From Vicugna vicugna (Eukaryota): a stretch of 24,059 nt of DNA. Each line of letters opens with the position of its first letter. Position 1 is the stretch's first letter. The stretch lies in contig MU061579.1 in NCBI GenBank assembly GCA_013265495.1, positions 1,393,159 to 1,417,217 of the forward strand, read 5' to 3'. Shown piece after piece: positions 11,962-23,741 of the stretch. The notes beneath the pieces are model-generated. The model was not told the DNA's origin. It worked only from the letters and a program-made list of their open reading frames with translations, and did no database searches. The translations under genes were made by a program, and so were the position numbers.

Positions 11962-14900
11962 ACCCTACAACTGGGAGGTTTTGCCACGAAAGAGGAGCCT
12001 TTTAATGATCAAGTCAGAATATTAGGCATTAACTGGGGCTGACCCTATGCATCTGCAGGGAATGATCACCCTACATAAATTATGAGCAAGATCTTCAACC
12101 TACTAATTGCACTAATGTAGCAGCCAGATCATTCACAGTTTTGCATCAAACTACCCTACATACATATTTATCTAGACATAATTCATCTGACACTTTTTTA
12201 ATCAAATTTTGTTTCAAATCAAACGTAACTCTTTAGAATCGTACTTTAGTGTTAACGTGGGATTCACAGAAAGCTTGCTCTCTGCCCCCTAAGTGTTCTC
12301 GTCCTTACCTTTGGCTCTGCTCCTGTATAGTTTAATTTGTGCCATGGGAAAGACATGCTCTGATTTGCAATGACTTTAATAACCTATCTGTAGGCAAAAA
12401 GGAAATACCTGCAGACACCTGCCAGGAGGTACATTTACGGAGAGGCACAGCCACATTCATTTGACATTTGTTTTGCAGGTTATATTTCCAGTTGATGTGC
12501 TTCGGATCTTTTTTTTTTTTCAAGTCTATTAGTCTGTACTTTTCAAAAGTGAAAAACGTTTCCTTGTTTTTTAACCAGATGCCTGACCCTTTTAGGTCCA
12601 TGCATTTTTTTTTCCATTCCATCACCATTTATTTTCTTTTTCCATAAATCTAATATAGATGTTTTCACTCTATCATATTCTTCTGCTGTTCATTTTCCTT
12701 CATGTTAAAATTAGTTCTCAAGAAGACAATAGATATTAGCTTCCACTGAATGTTTCTCACATACATCTTTTCATGCTTAGTTTTGTTTCAGTTATCATGT
12801 GCAAAATGCTGCTTAACTCAAAACATAAAATATCTTTTAAATCAGGTAACACATTTATATTGAATATGTAAGTAGCCATGTGGATTTGGATAACAATTCT
12901 GTAATAACTTGTCACCTACTTCTGCCTTAAGTTGGGTTGTGGTCAAATAAATTGATCTAGGGACTGGTGCTCTTGCCTAAGCACGAACTTTGTGATCCAT
13001 CTTTGCAAATACTGTCTAGTCAGCTGGCATTCTTAAATCAAAAGTTTAGACAAAAGAGTATTATCTGGAGACAATGCAAACCACAGACAACTGTTTGCTA
13101 TCCCCTGAATAGGTTGTTTTACACCACCACGGGATTCTGTCTGCCTGAAGGGATGGACCTTCTTCCTCAGCTTTAACTCCCTGCCAGCCTCATGACTCAA
13201 TCCAAACGGTTCTTATTATAAAATGAGTTTTTTCAAGCTTGTTTTGTTCCTTTTCCTTTTCTCTCCTTCAGTAGAAGGATCTTTTTTTCTTCTTCATTTT
13301 TAAATCTCATCTGAAACACATCTCTCATAGTAAGAAAGTTCAGCCTTCAGGGCAATGACCTCAGCCCTTAATCCCACAAAATAAACCAAAATTTTCTCCA
13401 TGGTGCTTACTCTTTCATCTCCTCTGAGCATCCCTTGACCCCAATAAAGTGGTCTGTCTTAAGTGCTGTCTCTGTGATTTTGCTTTTAACTTTTAATTGC
13501 ACAGATTGAGCTAGACAGTACTAATTTTCATAAAAACACTATTGATTTATTTATGGACCCAGAGATTACATGAAATGCTACCGCACATCTTCTAGTACCT
13601 CTCACAAGCCTTGACTATGTATTGTATTTCAGTATCTTGCCAAACTTCTTGTGTATCATTGTGCAAATACAATGATTGTTTGTTAACTCTCACAACACAA
13701 ACATTATTTCTTCTATAATTTTTGATAATTCAGCTTTTCAGTGACAGAAGTATATACCTCACGTTGATGTATTCTCTAATTTGCCCTTTTCCACCGTCTT
13801 TTCCTCTCCCCTGGTAAGATGTTCAATGATGTTAAGAAAAGATAAATTCCTTTATAACAAACTTTAAGAATCAGTGGAAACCTCATCTGAGAATTAAACA
13901 AGTTAACCAGTGAGTGAGGTTTGGTCATGTTTTGTTTATAGGATTTGTCTCATGATAACAATGAAATGGTACCTTAACATGATGATGCCCTTACAATGAA
14001 CACTAGGGAGAAACTAGGTGAGTAAAACCAACCCACTTTGTAAACACTCAGCCAGATGGGGTAATCAGTTAGTCCAAGTCCCAATTAGAGCTACAGAAAG
14101 AATAATTGACCCTGTGACACCTGGTAGTCAGGTAGGATGTATTTAACTCAAATAAGTGAGTAGTATTGTAGTCCTAGGCTGTTTCTGCCCAGCCAAATAA
14201 GAGGGCCATGGTGGAAATTGGTTTAGCTAATTCAAGCCCATACTGGCCACATTACCTGGAAATTAACGTGTAAGTTGTAGTCACTTAATTAAAATAAATA
14301 AATACAAAAACAACATCAGTTTCAGCACACCTGAACAAACCACTACCCTAGACTCAAGAATGCTCTCTTTTCTCCTCTTTGCCAGCTCTAATAAGATGTT
14401 AGGAACTGTAATTTCCAGTGCCCCTTACAAAGTCCAAGTTCCCCAGAGTACAAAATTATGCTAACTCTGTACATGAGAGATTTGCTAAGGAAGAGAATCA
14501 GGAATATAATAGTAATTAGCTAGAACTGAGAGTTACGGATTACTACATATCACATTGTACAGCCACACTAAGAGGCAGGTACTGCTATTAGTTTTATTTA
14601 AAGACACAGGAAACTAAAGACCAGAGAATGCTTGCATTTCGCCGAGGGAGTCATTGGTAGAAGCAAGATATGTATCATCAGTATTGTAGTCACAGAGAAC
14701 ATGCTCTTAGGACATAGGTGATAGCTCCCCTTCTCCATGTCTGTGCTCCAACTTCTTCCAGCTCCAAACTCCAGGAAGAAATGCATCAAAAAAAATAAAG
14801 GACTTTGTTCCTGACAGGGCCAAAAAGGATAAACTACAGGAATGTTGCCTTGTTTCACGAGTGTGAATTGATGGAAGGATTTTTTTTTTCCCTCAACTAA

Positions 14901-15829
14901 CACTGGTCTCTGTATTTACAGCTGGACATCACCATCAGAACTGAGGAAACTGCGGTGACCTTAAAACTTGCTCTTTCTTCCATTAAGTCAAATGTGAATC
15001 CTCAGGCTCGAAAGGAAAGAAACACTAAACCTGTCTTACAATCCCTTTCAAAAACAAAGAGTAATCTATAAAATCTAGAACACTAATGTAGCTGATGATG
15101 TTGGAGATGAAAGAAGCTTTCTGAGGAAATAATACATAAAGATTTTTTTCCATAATTTGTTCCTTTGCCTTAAATTTCTGGACTGGAAAGAAAATATTAT
15201 GTATGCAAGTGAAATGTATGTATGGGTTTTCTATTGAATAATAAATATCAAGATTTGCTCAGGGATAAGGCATTTAAAATATTCAAATTATAAAATCCTA
15301 TTTTAAGTGAGTTAGTCTACTTTATTCTAAATTGAGCAAATTTTTAATTCAAAATTAAGTCAATGGTCTCTGAAATTGGTGCCTCAGCTTTCATGGTAGA
15401 TGATCCTATGTTACAAAAAAGGGTGTTTTTTTTTTTTTTGCAAAATCACACACACAATTTTTAAGTAACTATTCCTTGGAAAGGCATTTAAAATCTTTCT
15501 GATTCACATATGTATTATAGGATGACAGGGAATCATGCCTAGGACTGGGATAATAGCAGTATGGCATTTAAAACCCTTGCCAAGATTCTGTTGATCTGCA
15601 ACTTCACATTCTTTCCTGAATTTTCATTAAACCACATTATTTCTTTCCCTCATAATAATATTTCATAATATCAACTTATCTTTTTCCAATGGACTATGTT
15701 AGGCAAGTCAGTTTTTTTGATCCTTACCCTTCTGTCCAGAATTATGGTTAACCTTTCAAAGGTTGTTTGTTTTAATAGGTACTGTATGTCACCTTAGGTC
15801 TTTAAAAAAGAGAAGAAATAATATAAATC

Positions 15830-15990
15830 TTATATATGTGTCTTATTCCTAATTGGGACTTCCAATGAGCAGAAAACTCAAGGTTGAATCCTCACTGAAC
15901 TTTCTTTCCTACGCCGCTCTCAATGATTCACTGAACCTGTACAGAGGGAAATAAAATCTATCAGGTTCTCAATAAAACTTGATGAGTTTT
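15830..15990 (+). mobile_element. possible L2 3' end relic
   Basis: 'tgtgtcttattcct...' through 'caggttctcaataaaacttgatgag' resembles the L2 terminus. Confidence 0.35.
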
Positions 15991-16130
15991 AGAACACATT
16001 CTACGACTGCTCATTTAAGATATGCATAATACTGAGGTTATTACAACACTCACTAAAAGCTGACTAAATCCATTTCTACAAAACTGAGGCTTTTAACAGA
16101 GGTGTCAGTGTTTAAGAAGATGCTGTGGTT

Positions 16131-16145
16131 AGCGCCACCTATTGG
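16131..16145 (-). promoter_or_regulatory. CTCF core motif candidate
   Basis: Minus strand CCAATAGGTGGCGCT versus consensus CCASYAGRKGGCRS (1 mismatch); retains a CpG in CpG-poor DNA. Confidence 0.6.
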
Positions 16146-16639
16146 TTGACTTTGCAAGTGTCACTTTTTCTGGCTGTTACGGTAGAAAATTATCAACGTT
16201 TCTGAAAACTAGAAACTACAGAAGCGATGGCCAGTCTAAATAGTAATCAATAAAATTAAGTGATGATTCAAAGAATAATGGGATAAACATACTGCTTTTC
16301 AAATTACTCTCATTTTGTTCTTTGAAATTTTGAAAGACTACAATAAGAAACAGTTTTCTTCTATTCAGTTAGCTTTTAGGAAAAAAATAAATCATGTGTC
16401 CGTAATTTTATTTATTGGTTTTATCAGACAGCTATGAATATTTATACTGAGATTTCAGCTTAGTGCTGTAAAGGTATCTGCTAAGAAAGAACCACTCTCA
16501 AACGATCTAATATTAATTTTTGTGTCAGCATAATTCCAGAAGTAAATAATTTATTCAAAACTACCAATTCTAGAAAAATTAAACATTTGTCATATAATAA
16601 TATCCTCATGGGTAAAATATTTCACAATAATCACACAGC

Positions 16640-16700
16640 CTGTGTTTATTTGTTCAGCAAATATTTAGCTCCCAGTTAATAAGAGACAAAAAACATGTGA
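16640..16700 (-). mobile_element. possible L2 3' end relic
   Basis: 'tttatttgttcagcaaatatttag' matches the reverse-strand L2 tail. Confidence 0.4.
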
Positions 16701-17548
16701 GGTTGTTACACACACAAGGAAGAAACAGGAGGAGGGAATAGAGAGAGAAGAAGGGGAGCAGGGGAGATATTGCAAGGCGGGTGAAGTGCTATGACAGAAA
16801 TAAAAGGAGTGATAAGGGCGAAATCTACCTGATGTACTTGGCTGTAGAGACAGAGGCCTTTCCACTGCTGACATTGCATGACAAGTACCTCTGATTGTAT
16901 TCTAGATTGTTGGAAGTCAATGCTAATTTCAGAGATAAGCGTCATAATGGAGATCCAATATGAAATCATTCCTTTGTCTTACGCCTGTAAAGAACTACAC
17001 TGAGGTTTAGTTTTCTGGCCACAAAGAAGTCCCTGATTCAACTGATAGTATGCATTCCTACTGAACAACTCCTCCAAGCCACCTGGACCAACAGATCATT
17101 AATATACTAACGTTTTGAAAAATTCATATTGGAACTGTATTCAGGGATGCCTTATTTCATCTTGCTTTCCTTTATTGCGTTTCACAGATACCGTGTTTTT
17201 TACGAATTGAAGGTATGTGGCAACCCTCTGTTGAGCAAGTCTACTGGTACATTTCCAACAGCATTTGCTATGTTAGTGTCTGTGTCACTTTCTGATAACT
17301 CTTGCAATTACTTAAACTTTTTCATCATTATTATAATTGTTATGATAATCTGTGATCAGTGACCTCTGATGTTACATTGTGATTGTTTTGGGGCACCATA
17401 AACTGTGCCCATATAACACAGTGAACTTAACCCTTATATGTTGTGTGTGTTCTGACTGCTCCACTGTCCGGCCAATTCCCCTGTCTCTTGTCAGGCTTCC
17501 GTATTTCTTGAGAAACAACATTACAATTAGGCCTTTAACAACCCTACA

Positions 17549-19073
17549 ATACCGCCAAGTGTAAAGGGAAATGAAGAGTGGCAAGTCTCTCACTTTAAAT
17601 AAAAGACTGGAAATGATTAAGGTCAATGAGGAAGGGATGTTGAAAATCAAGATAGGCCAAAAGTTAGGCCTCTTGCACCAAACAGTTAGCCAATCTGTGA
17701 AAGCAAAAGAAAAGTCCTTGGAGAAAATTAAAAGTACTACTCCACTGAGCACAACAATGATTAGAAAGTGAAACAGTCTTATTGCCAATGTGGATAAAGT
17801 TTTAGTGGTTTAGATAAAAAATCAAACCAACCACCGCATTCTCTTAAGCCAACCCTAGTTCAAAGCAAGGGCCTAACTCTCTTCAGTTTTATGAAGGCTC
17901 AGAGAGGTGAGGAAGCAGCAGGAGAAAAGCTGGACTCTAACAGAAGTTGTTTCATGAGGTTCAGGAAAAGAAGCCATCTCCGTAATCTAAAAGGTGAAGC
18001 AACAAGTGCTGGTGTAGAAGCTGCAGCAAATTATCAAGAAGCTCTAGCTGAGATAATTAATGAAGCTGGCTACATAAACGACAGGTTTTCAATGTAGGTA
18101 AAACATCTTTCTGTTGGAAGAAGATTCCATCTAGTACTTTCATAGCTAGAGAGGAGAAGTCAATGCCTGGCTTCAAAGCTTTAAAGGACAGGCAATCGCT
18201 CTTGTTAGGAGCTAATGCAGCTGGTGACTTTAAATAAAGCCAACACTCATTCACTATACTGAAATTCCTAGGACCCTCAAAAATTATGCTAAATCTACTC
18301 TGCTGTGTTCCTAAAATGTACCAACAAGGCCTGTATGACAGCATATCTGTTTACAACATGGTTAACTGAAATATTTTAAGCCCACTGCTGGGACCTACTA
18401 CCAGAAATTCAAGTACCTTCCAAAATATTACTGCTGGTTGACAATGCACCCAGTCACCCAGCAGCTCTGATGGAGAGCTGCAGGATTAATGTTTTCATGC
18501 CTGCTAACACAATATCCATTCTGTAGTCCATAGATCAAGGAGTAACTTTGATTTCCAAGTCCTATTATTTAAGAAATACATTATGTAATGCTATATATGT
18601 CATAGATAGTGATTCTTCTGATGAATTTGGGCAAAGTCAATCGAAAACTGGAAATGACTGATCATTCTAGATGTCATAAAAAATTCACAATTTGTGGGAA
18701 GAGGTCAAGATATCAATATTAACAAGAGTCTTTAAAGGTTGATCCCAATCCTGATGGATGACTTTGAGGGGTTCAGTATTAATGTTGAAGAAGTAACTGT
18801 AGATGTGGTAGAAATAGCAAGAGCCCTAGAATTAGAATGGGGCCTGAAGATGTGATGGGGTTGCTGCAATCTCATGATAAAACTTTCGTAAATGAGGAGT
18901 TGCTTCTCATGGATGAACAAAGGAAGTGTTTTCTTCAGAGGAAATCTACTCCTGGTGATTAGAAACAAGTTCTACTATGGGTAAAATCAAACACCACTGC
19001 ATGCAAGAGAAATCATTTGTGGAAGGAAGAGTCAATCAATGCAGCAAACTTTCTGTCTTGTTTTAAGAAATTG
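17549..19073 (+). pseudogene. Tigger1 pogo-family transposase pseudogene
   Basis: CENP-B-type HTH '[37 protein letters not shown]'; catalytic motifs FNV(G)KT (first D lost, 18097), LLVDNAPSHP (18440), L*SIDQG (18521-18541); start appears mutated to ATA; multiple stops and frameshifts. Confidence 0.9.
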
Positions 19074-19226
19074 TGAGGAAGATTGCTGCTACGTCCTGCG
19101 TACCTTCTATGGTGGGGTGTCACTCCAGGACATTTTGCTTGTGAATATTTCATCATAGACCTTTGGCAAGAACCTCCTGCCCACTGGTCTTCAAGATTGG
19201 ACCTGAAGCAGCATGGTAGCCTCATT

Positions 19227-19242
19227 CAGCACCACCTAGAGG
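19227..19242 (-). promoter_or_regulatory. CTCF core motif candidate
   Basis: Minus strand CCTCTAGGTGGTGCTG resembles CCASYAGRKGGCRS (2 mismatches). Confidence 0.45.
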
Positions 19243-19654
19243 ACTGAGGAAATAAGGCACAAATGGACAGAACATGCAATATTTCCAAGGTCTGCCTATA
19301 GGTTCTCTATGTTTTACACACACTCTGTACACTGTGGAAAAAGAACAACAGACAACATTACCGCTTGCTCAGTTTCTTTAAGAAACTTTACCCTATAGAT
19401 ACCTGGTATTAATAGTATTTTAAGTTTAGTAGCCTCTTTAAAGTTACAGTATATAAAAGAGGACAGTATATATTACAAAAGACATCATATAAACAAACAC
19501 AAGTTGTAAGCTAGGAGTAGCTCTAATAAATAGACTATAACAGTATCCAGCTGAAAGCAGATGCCAGAAGTCCTGAGTATAAATTCTTTCTTTTATCTTA
19601 TTAACTATGTGATATCAAACATTCGGAAATAGTTTCCTAAAAACAAGTGGCCTA

Positions 19655-19667
19655 ACACACGCGCACA

Positions 19668-19698
<31 letters not shown>
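19655..19698 (+). repeat. (AC)14 microsatellite with imperfect 5' extension
   Basis: direct reading. Confidence 0.95.
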
Positions 19699-19702
<4 letters not shown>

Positions 19703-20510
19703 CCCACAAACTTATAATTATACAAATGTATATGCATAGGTTAAACTGTAAATCTTTCACTAACATAGAAAGAAATAATTCTGCACTATAAATACTCTAC
19801 AACTTGGAGATATAGCTTAAAAACCAAAAAGGTGAATTTCTACAGATATACCAAAAACTCTAATAAGTGAAATCAAAATCATCTACAAAAATTCCCTATT
19901 ATAAAAAAATTATGACGTTGACCTAAACTAATTAGACAGTATAATAACCAGATGCATTGATAATCCACAGTTCATTAGCATTATAGAGATATGTTATCTA
20001 TAACTGAACTTAAATTTCAGGTTTTGTTTACAATCTGATAGTCATATGCATAATCAATGATTAGAATAGACAAAACCAATAATTCCATGAAATCATAAAT
20101 ATGCTGCTGGGTTTTAAAAGCACAGACATGTAACTAAATTAAATACAGTTTTAGAAGCTGGATTTAAAACACTTTCTTTTCTCTCATGATCGGTGACTTC
20201 AAAGTTAATGAAGTGTAAGTACCCTAATGGAGCGACCTGCATGTTTTCCAGTTATGTTTGGTGTTTTTTAGAGCACAATTTATATTTATTTATATTTTTC
20301 ATTTACATTATATTTATCCTAATAAAGAAAGAAAAAAAGCAATTTTCATAGTTGTTAAGATCTTCTTTAAAAATAAGAAGACATAGGGGGTCCTTACATA
20401 CAAGCACATGTATCATGGAGAGAGAATGAGAGGAAGGAAGGAGAAAGAGAGAGGAAAACTAGAAGAGAAGAGAGGTAATAGATGCGGAGCAAAACTGACA
20501 TTTTGTCTCT

Positions 20511-20511
<1 letters not shown>

Positions 20512-20543
<32 letters not shown>
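20512..20543 (+). repeat. (CA)16 microsatellite
   Basis: direct reading. Confidence 0.95.
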
Positions 20544-20546
<3 letters not shown>

Positions 20547-21759
20547 TATGTTTATAGGAATTAACACTCTCAAGGTTCTTAATATGAGAATCTAGTGGAG
20601 GGAAAAATAGACTTTTTTTCTGGAAGATCAAGGATGCAGTTTACATTTACAAATTTACCTACAAAAGAGTAGAAAAAACACATACATGTTTAGACAAGAT
20701 TGAAATCACTGAAGACCCTTTCTCTTTGGCATTAATGGCTATTGAGTGCTTTAAAAATGAATATACATTTACATACTTATATTCAAAAAAGTTAATATAT
20801 ATGAATTATATCATTAGCACTATTTATTAATGCCAGACTAAACAGAACCTACGTGTCACTATCTAATATCCATATCTGATGACTTTTGAGATGAATGGCA
20901 CCATGGAGACTACATATTAGGAATAAAATTATTGCTAATTATTTCAAGTATGACTCTCACTTGCTTAGCATAATTAATGATCTTATAATCAAAAATTTAA
21001 ACTTTTTACAGAAAATATGTATCACATTTTGCTTTTTATATGTATTATGGCATTGAGCAAAATGTACCACAAGTCTGAACTCAACTTAGTTTCCTGTGAC
21101 TTCCTCTAGATAATCCCAAACTCAAAATAATACTAGGGTAATGTATCCTACAAAGCAATATTTGCCAAAATACAAGGGTGTATAGAACTACCCTTCTTTT
21201 CCTCACTTCACTTTCTAGTCTGCCCTCACGTAGTAACTCAACTAATTCTTTTCTCAGTTGAGCAGGTATTTTCTCTAATCTGTTGTCATATAATTATCTA
21301 GATACATTATTCCTTTGTACTTTCAGATATGAAAAATTTATGTTAAAATAATTACTGAAGCTGTATTACCCTCTTTTGCTCTATTGAGTAAACACACCTC
21401 TATTTTTACAACCTTATATACTTACAAATGTTTGACTTTAATAAGATGTAAACTCTTAAATTTTTCTTTCTTATCTACTTTGCTTTTATAGACTTTTGCA
21501 CTGACTTAAAAAAAAAGATTTAAGAAGAGGTACATAAAGTTGTGATTCTCTGTATTGTATGTCTCTTTCTTTCTATTTAATTCTCTCTCTCTCTCAATAT
21601 ATATATGTATAAAATATTCTAAACTGATAAATAATCTTTTTCTTTTTTATTTAGTGATTCCATCCAAGGATTTTCTTAACACATAAAACATAATCTAGGA
21701 TAGATTATTAGTGAATTAATGTAGGGGTCGTAAGGTATTTTCTGCATGACCTGTCATGT

Positions 21760-21865
21760 GAGTCAAGATATCCAGATTCTAGAAAGTCATATCCCCTAGT
21801 TATATGGCTTTATATAGATCAGTTAACCTCCTTGAAGCTCAAATTTCTTCATAGGTTATGCTGGC
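21760..21865 (+). mobile_element. possible MIR fragment
   Basis: 'gagtcaaga...ccagattct...tcagttaacctccttgaagctcaaatttcttcat'. Confidence 0.45.
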
Positions 21866-22349
21866 AAATAATAAAAAAAAAAGAAAAGTGGGAGAAAACA
21901 GAGGGAGGTGACAAGGATCTTGTCACTTGCACTACACCAACCTTTCCATAACATTCAGTGGTGGCTGATTTTAGAAGTAAACATAACCATAATCATGTTT
22001 AAAATTCTGCTTTTTGACAAGTGCTGTGCTAATTATTTCTTCACGTTCTCACCATGGATCTGTAATTTAGAAGCCATTGTCACTGACAGAAGAGAAAACA
22101 ATAGCTTATTAAAATTGTTATATTATTATCTAGGTATCAGATTTTGCACATCAACATCAGATGTAAAATGAAATGGACACTTATGATGGAAATATCTTAT
22201 TTTTATTTCTTCATTGGAAATGGTACACAATGAGAAAATCCTACTCCCCCCCCAACCCCACCACCACTTACTGCATTTATTAGCAATGCATTTTTCTTTC
22301 CATTTTTTTCCCCTCACAGGGAAAGCCTGCTGCTAAGGAAAGAATATAG

Positions 22350-22560
22350 ACATTTGCTCTCAGACAAATAGGAGTGACAATTCTGTCTGCATAACGATTA
22401 GCTCTGAGGGCTTAGAGATGTAACTAAGCTCAGGGAGCTATGATCTCTGGCTCTGAAAAATGGGATCAAAGATGCTGACTTTGCGTACTTTATATGAGGC
22501 TGAAAATAATCCATGTGATGGTTACAGTGTAAGGAGCACTGTAAATGCAACAGATAGCAC
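22350..22560 (+). mobile_element. MIR SINE
   Basis: 'ctcagacaaataggagtgacaattctgtctgc...tctgaaaaatgggat...tgaggctgaaaataatccatgtga...gtaaggagcactgtaaatg'. Confidence 0.55.
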
Positions 22561-22760
22561 TTTTATGAAAACTTTTCATGTCTACATGCTGAACAGTCCA
22601 GACTAAATTCCAGCTGTATTGGAATCCCTTACATGTTTTAGTTCGTGATGGAAGAATCAGAGATGGAAAGAGACAGTGTATTCCCAAAGATGAAATTTGG
22701 ATAAAAGTAATTATCTGCCAGAGATATGAAAGTGTATGCACTCTAAAATATGGGATTAAA

Positions 22761-23008
22761 CCTTGAGACAAATGACATTGAAAACACAACCACACAAAAT
22801 CTATAGGATGCAGCAAAAGCAGTCTTAAGAGGGAAGTTCATAGCAATACAGGCCTTCTTCAAAAAACAAGAAAATCTCAAACAACCTAACCTACAACCTA
22901 AAAGAATTAGAGAAAGAAGAATAAACAAAACCTGATGTCAGTGGAAGGAAGGAAATAATAAAGATCAGAGATTAAAAAAAAAAAAACCAACAACAATAGA
23001 AGAAAATT
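22761..23008 (+). mobile_element. internal L1 ORF2 fragment (just downstream of the endonuclease domain) flanked by direct repeats
   Basis: Translates LETNDIENTTTQNL*DAAKAVLRGKFIAIQAFFKKQE...KELEKEE...RKEIIKIR, typical of L1 ORF2p; flanks AAATATGGGATTAAA / AAATGTGGGACTAAA. Confidence 0.9.
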
Positions 23009-23272
23009 AAATGTGGGACTAAAGCCTCTAATCTCTGGCAAAAAAAAAAATCATAAAAGATTGGTGTGATTGGGTTTCTCAAAGAACTAAATATGAATGA
23101 GGTCTATATCAGGTTCTAGTTTGAGTGGGCTGAGACAGAGTCAACTTGTAACCAGAAAGGACAGCAGATTTCAATGTTTTCCTTCAGCAATTGAGTAACA
23201 ATTGTCCTGTCTTCAGACTTAAAAACTCTAGAAACGTACTCATTGTTATAAGTCTGATTATCAAAAATTAGT

Positions 23273-23331
23273 TCAATTCTTTAACTCATGGCTCAGAAAA
23301 TCAATTGTTTAACTCATGGCTCAGAAAATCA
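23273..23331 (+). repeat. 28-bp tandem duplication
   Basis: TCAATT(C/G)TTTAACTCATGGCTCAGAAAA x2 (27/28 identical) plus TCA. Confidence 0.95.
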
Positions 23332-23741
23332 TGTGTGCACGTTTCAAGACAGGGCACATACTATGTATTTCCGGATGGGCAAACTTTATTTTCTGTTTTT
23401 GTGCTATTCTGAAAAAGCAACCAATGCAGAGATTTCTTTTCATTCTAGCCTTGCAGATTACATGATGATATTCTCTGAGGCCAGAGTACGGCAATCCCAA
23501 TACGTGGAACAGCCATCCTACATGGAAAACTAGCTAGTTGCAGCGTTTAGTGACAGGTTGTATAACACTGCAATCACAGTGTAGACAGCAATGACATCAG
23601 AATCAACACTTTCTAACCTACTGGACCACTATGATCCTGATCTTTTTTGGATTGCAATTATATGTCAATATTAATGTATTTTTTATATTCAAATGAAAAC
23701 AAAAATAAAATCAGTGTCAAGACTTATTTTATGTCACTTGA

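Larger units (their letters stand above)
17142..19298 (+). mobile_element. Tigger1 (TcMar-Tigger/pogo) DNA transposon, near full length, decayed
   Basis: Left TIR CAGGGATGCCT at 17142; right TIR AAGGTCTGCCTA followed by TA at 19299-19300; continuous Tigger1-like sequence 17142-19073; transposase remnants in the ORF track. Confidence 0.93.

Noticed and set aside
17372..17788. Longest ORF (138 aa, minus strand, hydrophobic N-terminus)
   Set aside because: Antisense to the Tigger1 transposase; no independent support.
17571..18097. Transposase-like ORFs as a domesticated TIGD-type gene
   Set aside because: Start codon lost, many stops and frameshifts, first catalytic Asp mutated, TIRs still present: a neutrally decaying Tigger1.
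19013..19225. 70-aa minus-strand ORF as a gene
   Set aside because: Runs from the foreign insert into antisense Tigger1 and the peptide is unrecognised; kept only as part of the insert finding.
20417..20475. GA-rich tract as triplex (H-DNA) element
   Set aside because: Interrupted and without clear mirror symmetry; ordinary low-complexity DNA.
23273..23331. 28-bp repeat as a CRISPR-like array
   Set aside because: Only two adjacent units, no spacer, eukaryotic context.
23288..23533. 81-aa ORF as a coding exon
   Set aside because: No recognisable homology; begins inside the tandem duplication; composition consistent with chance.
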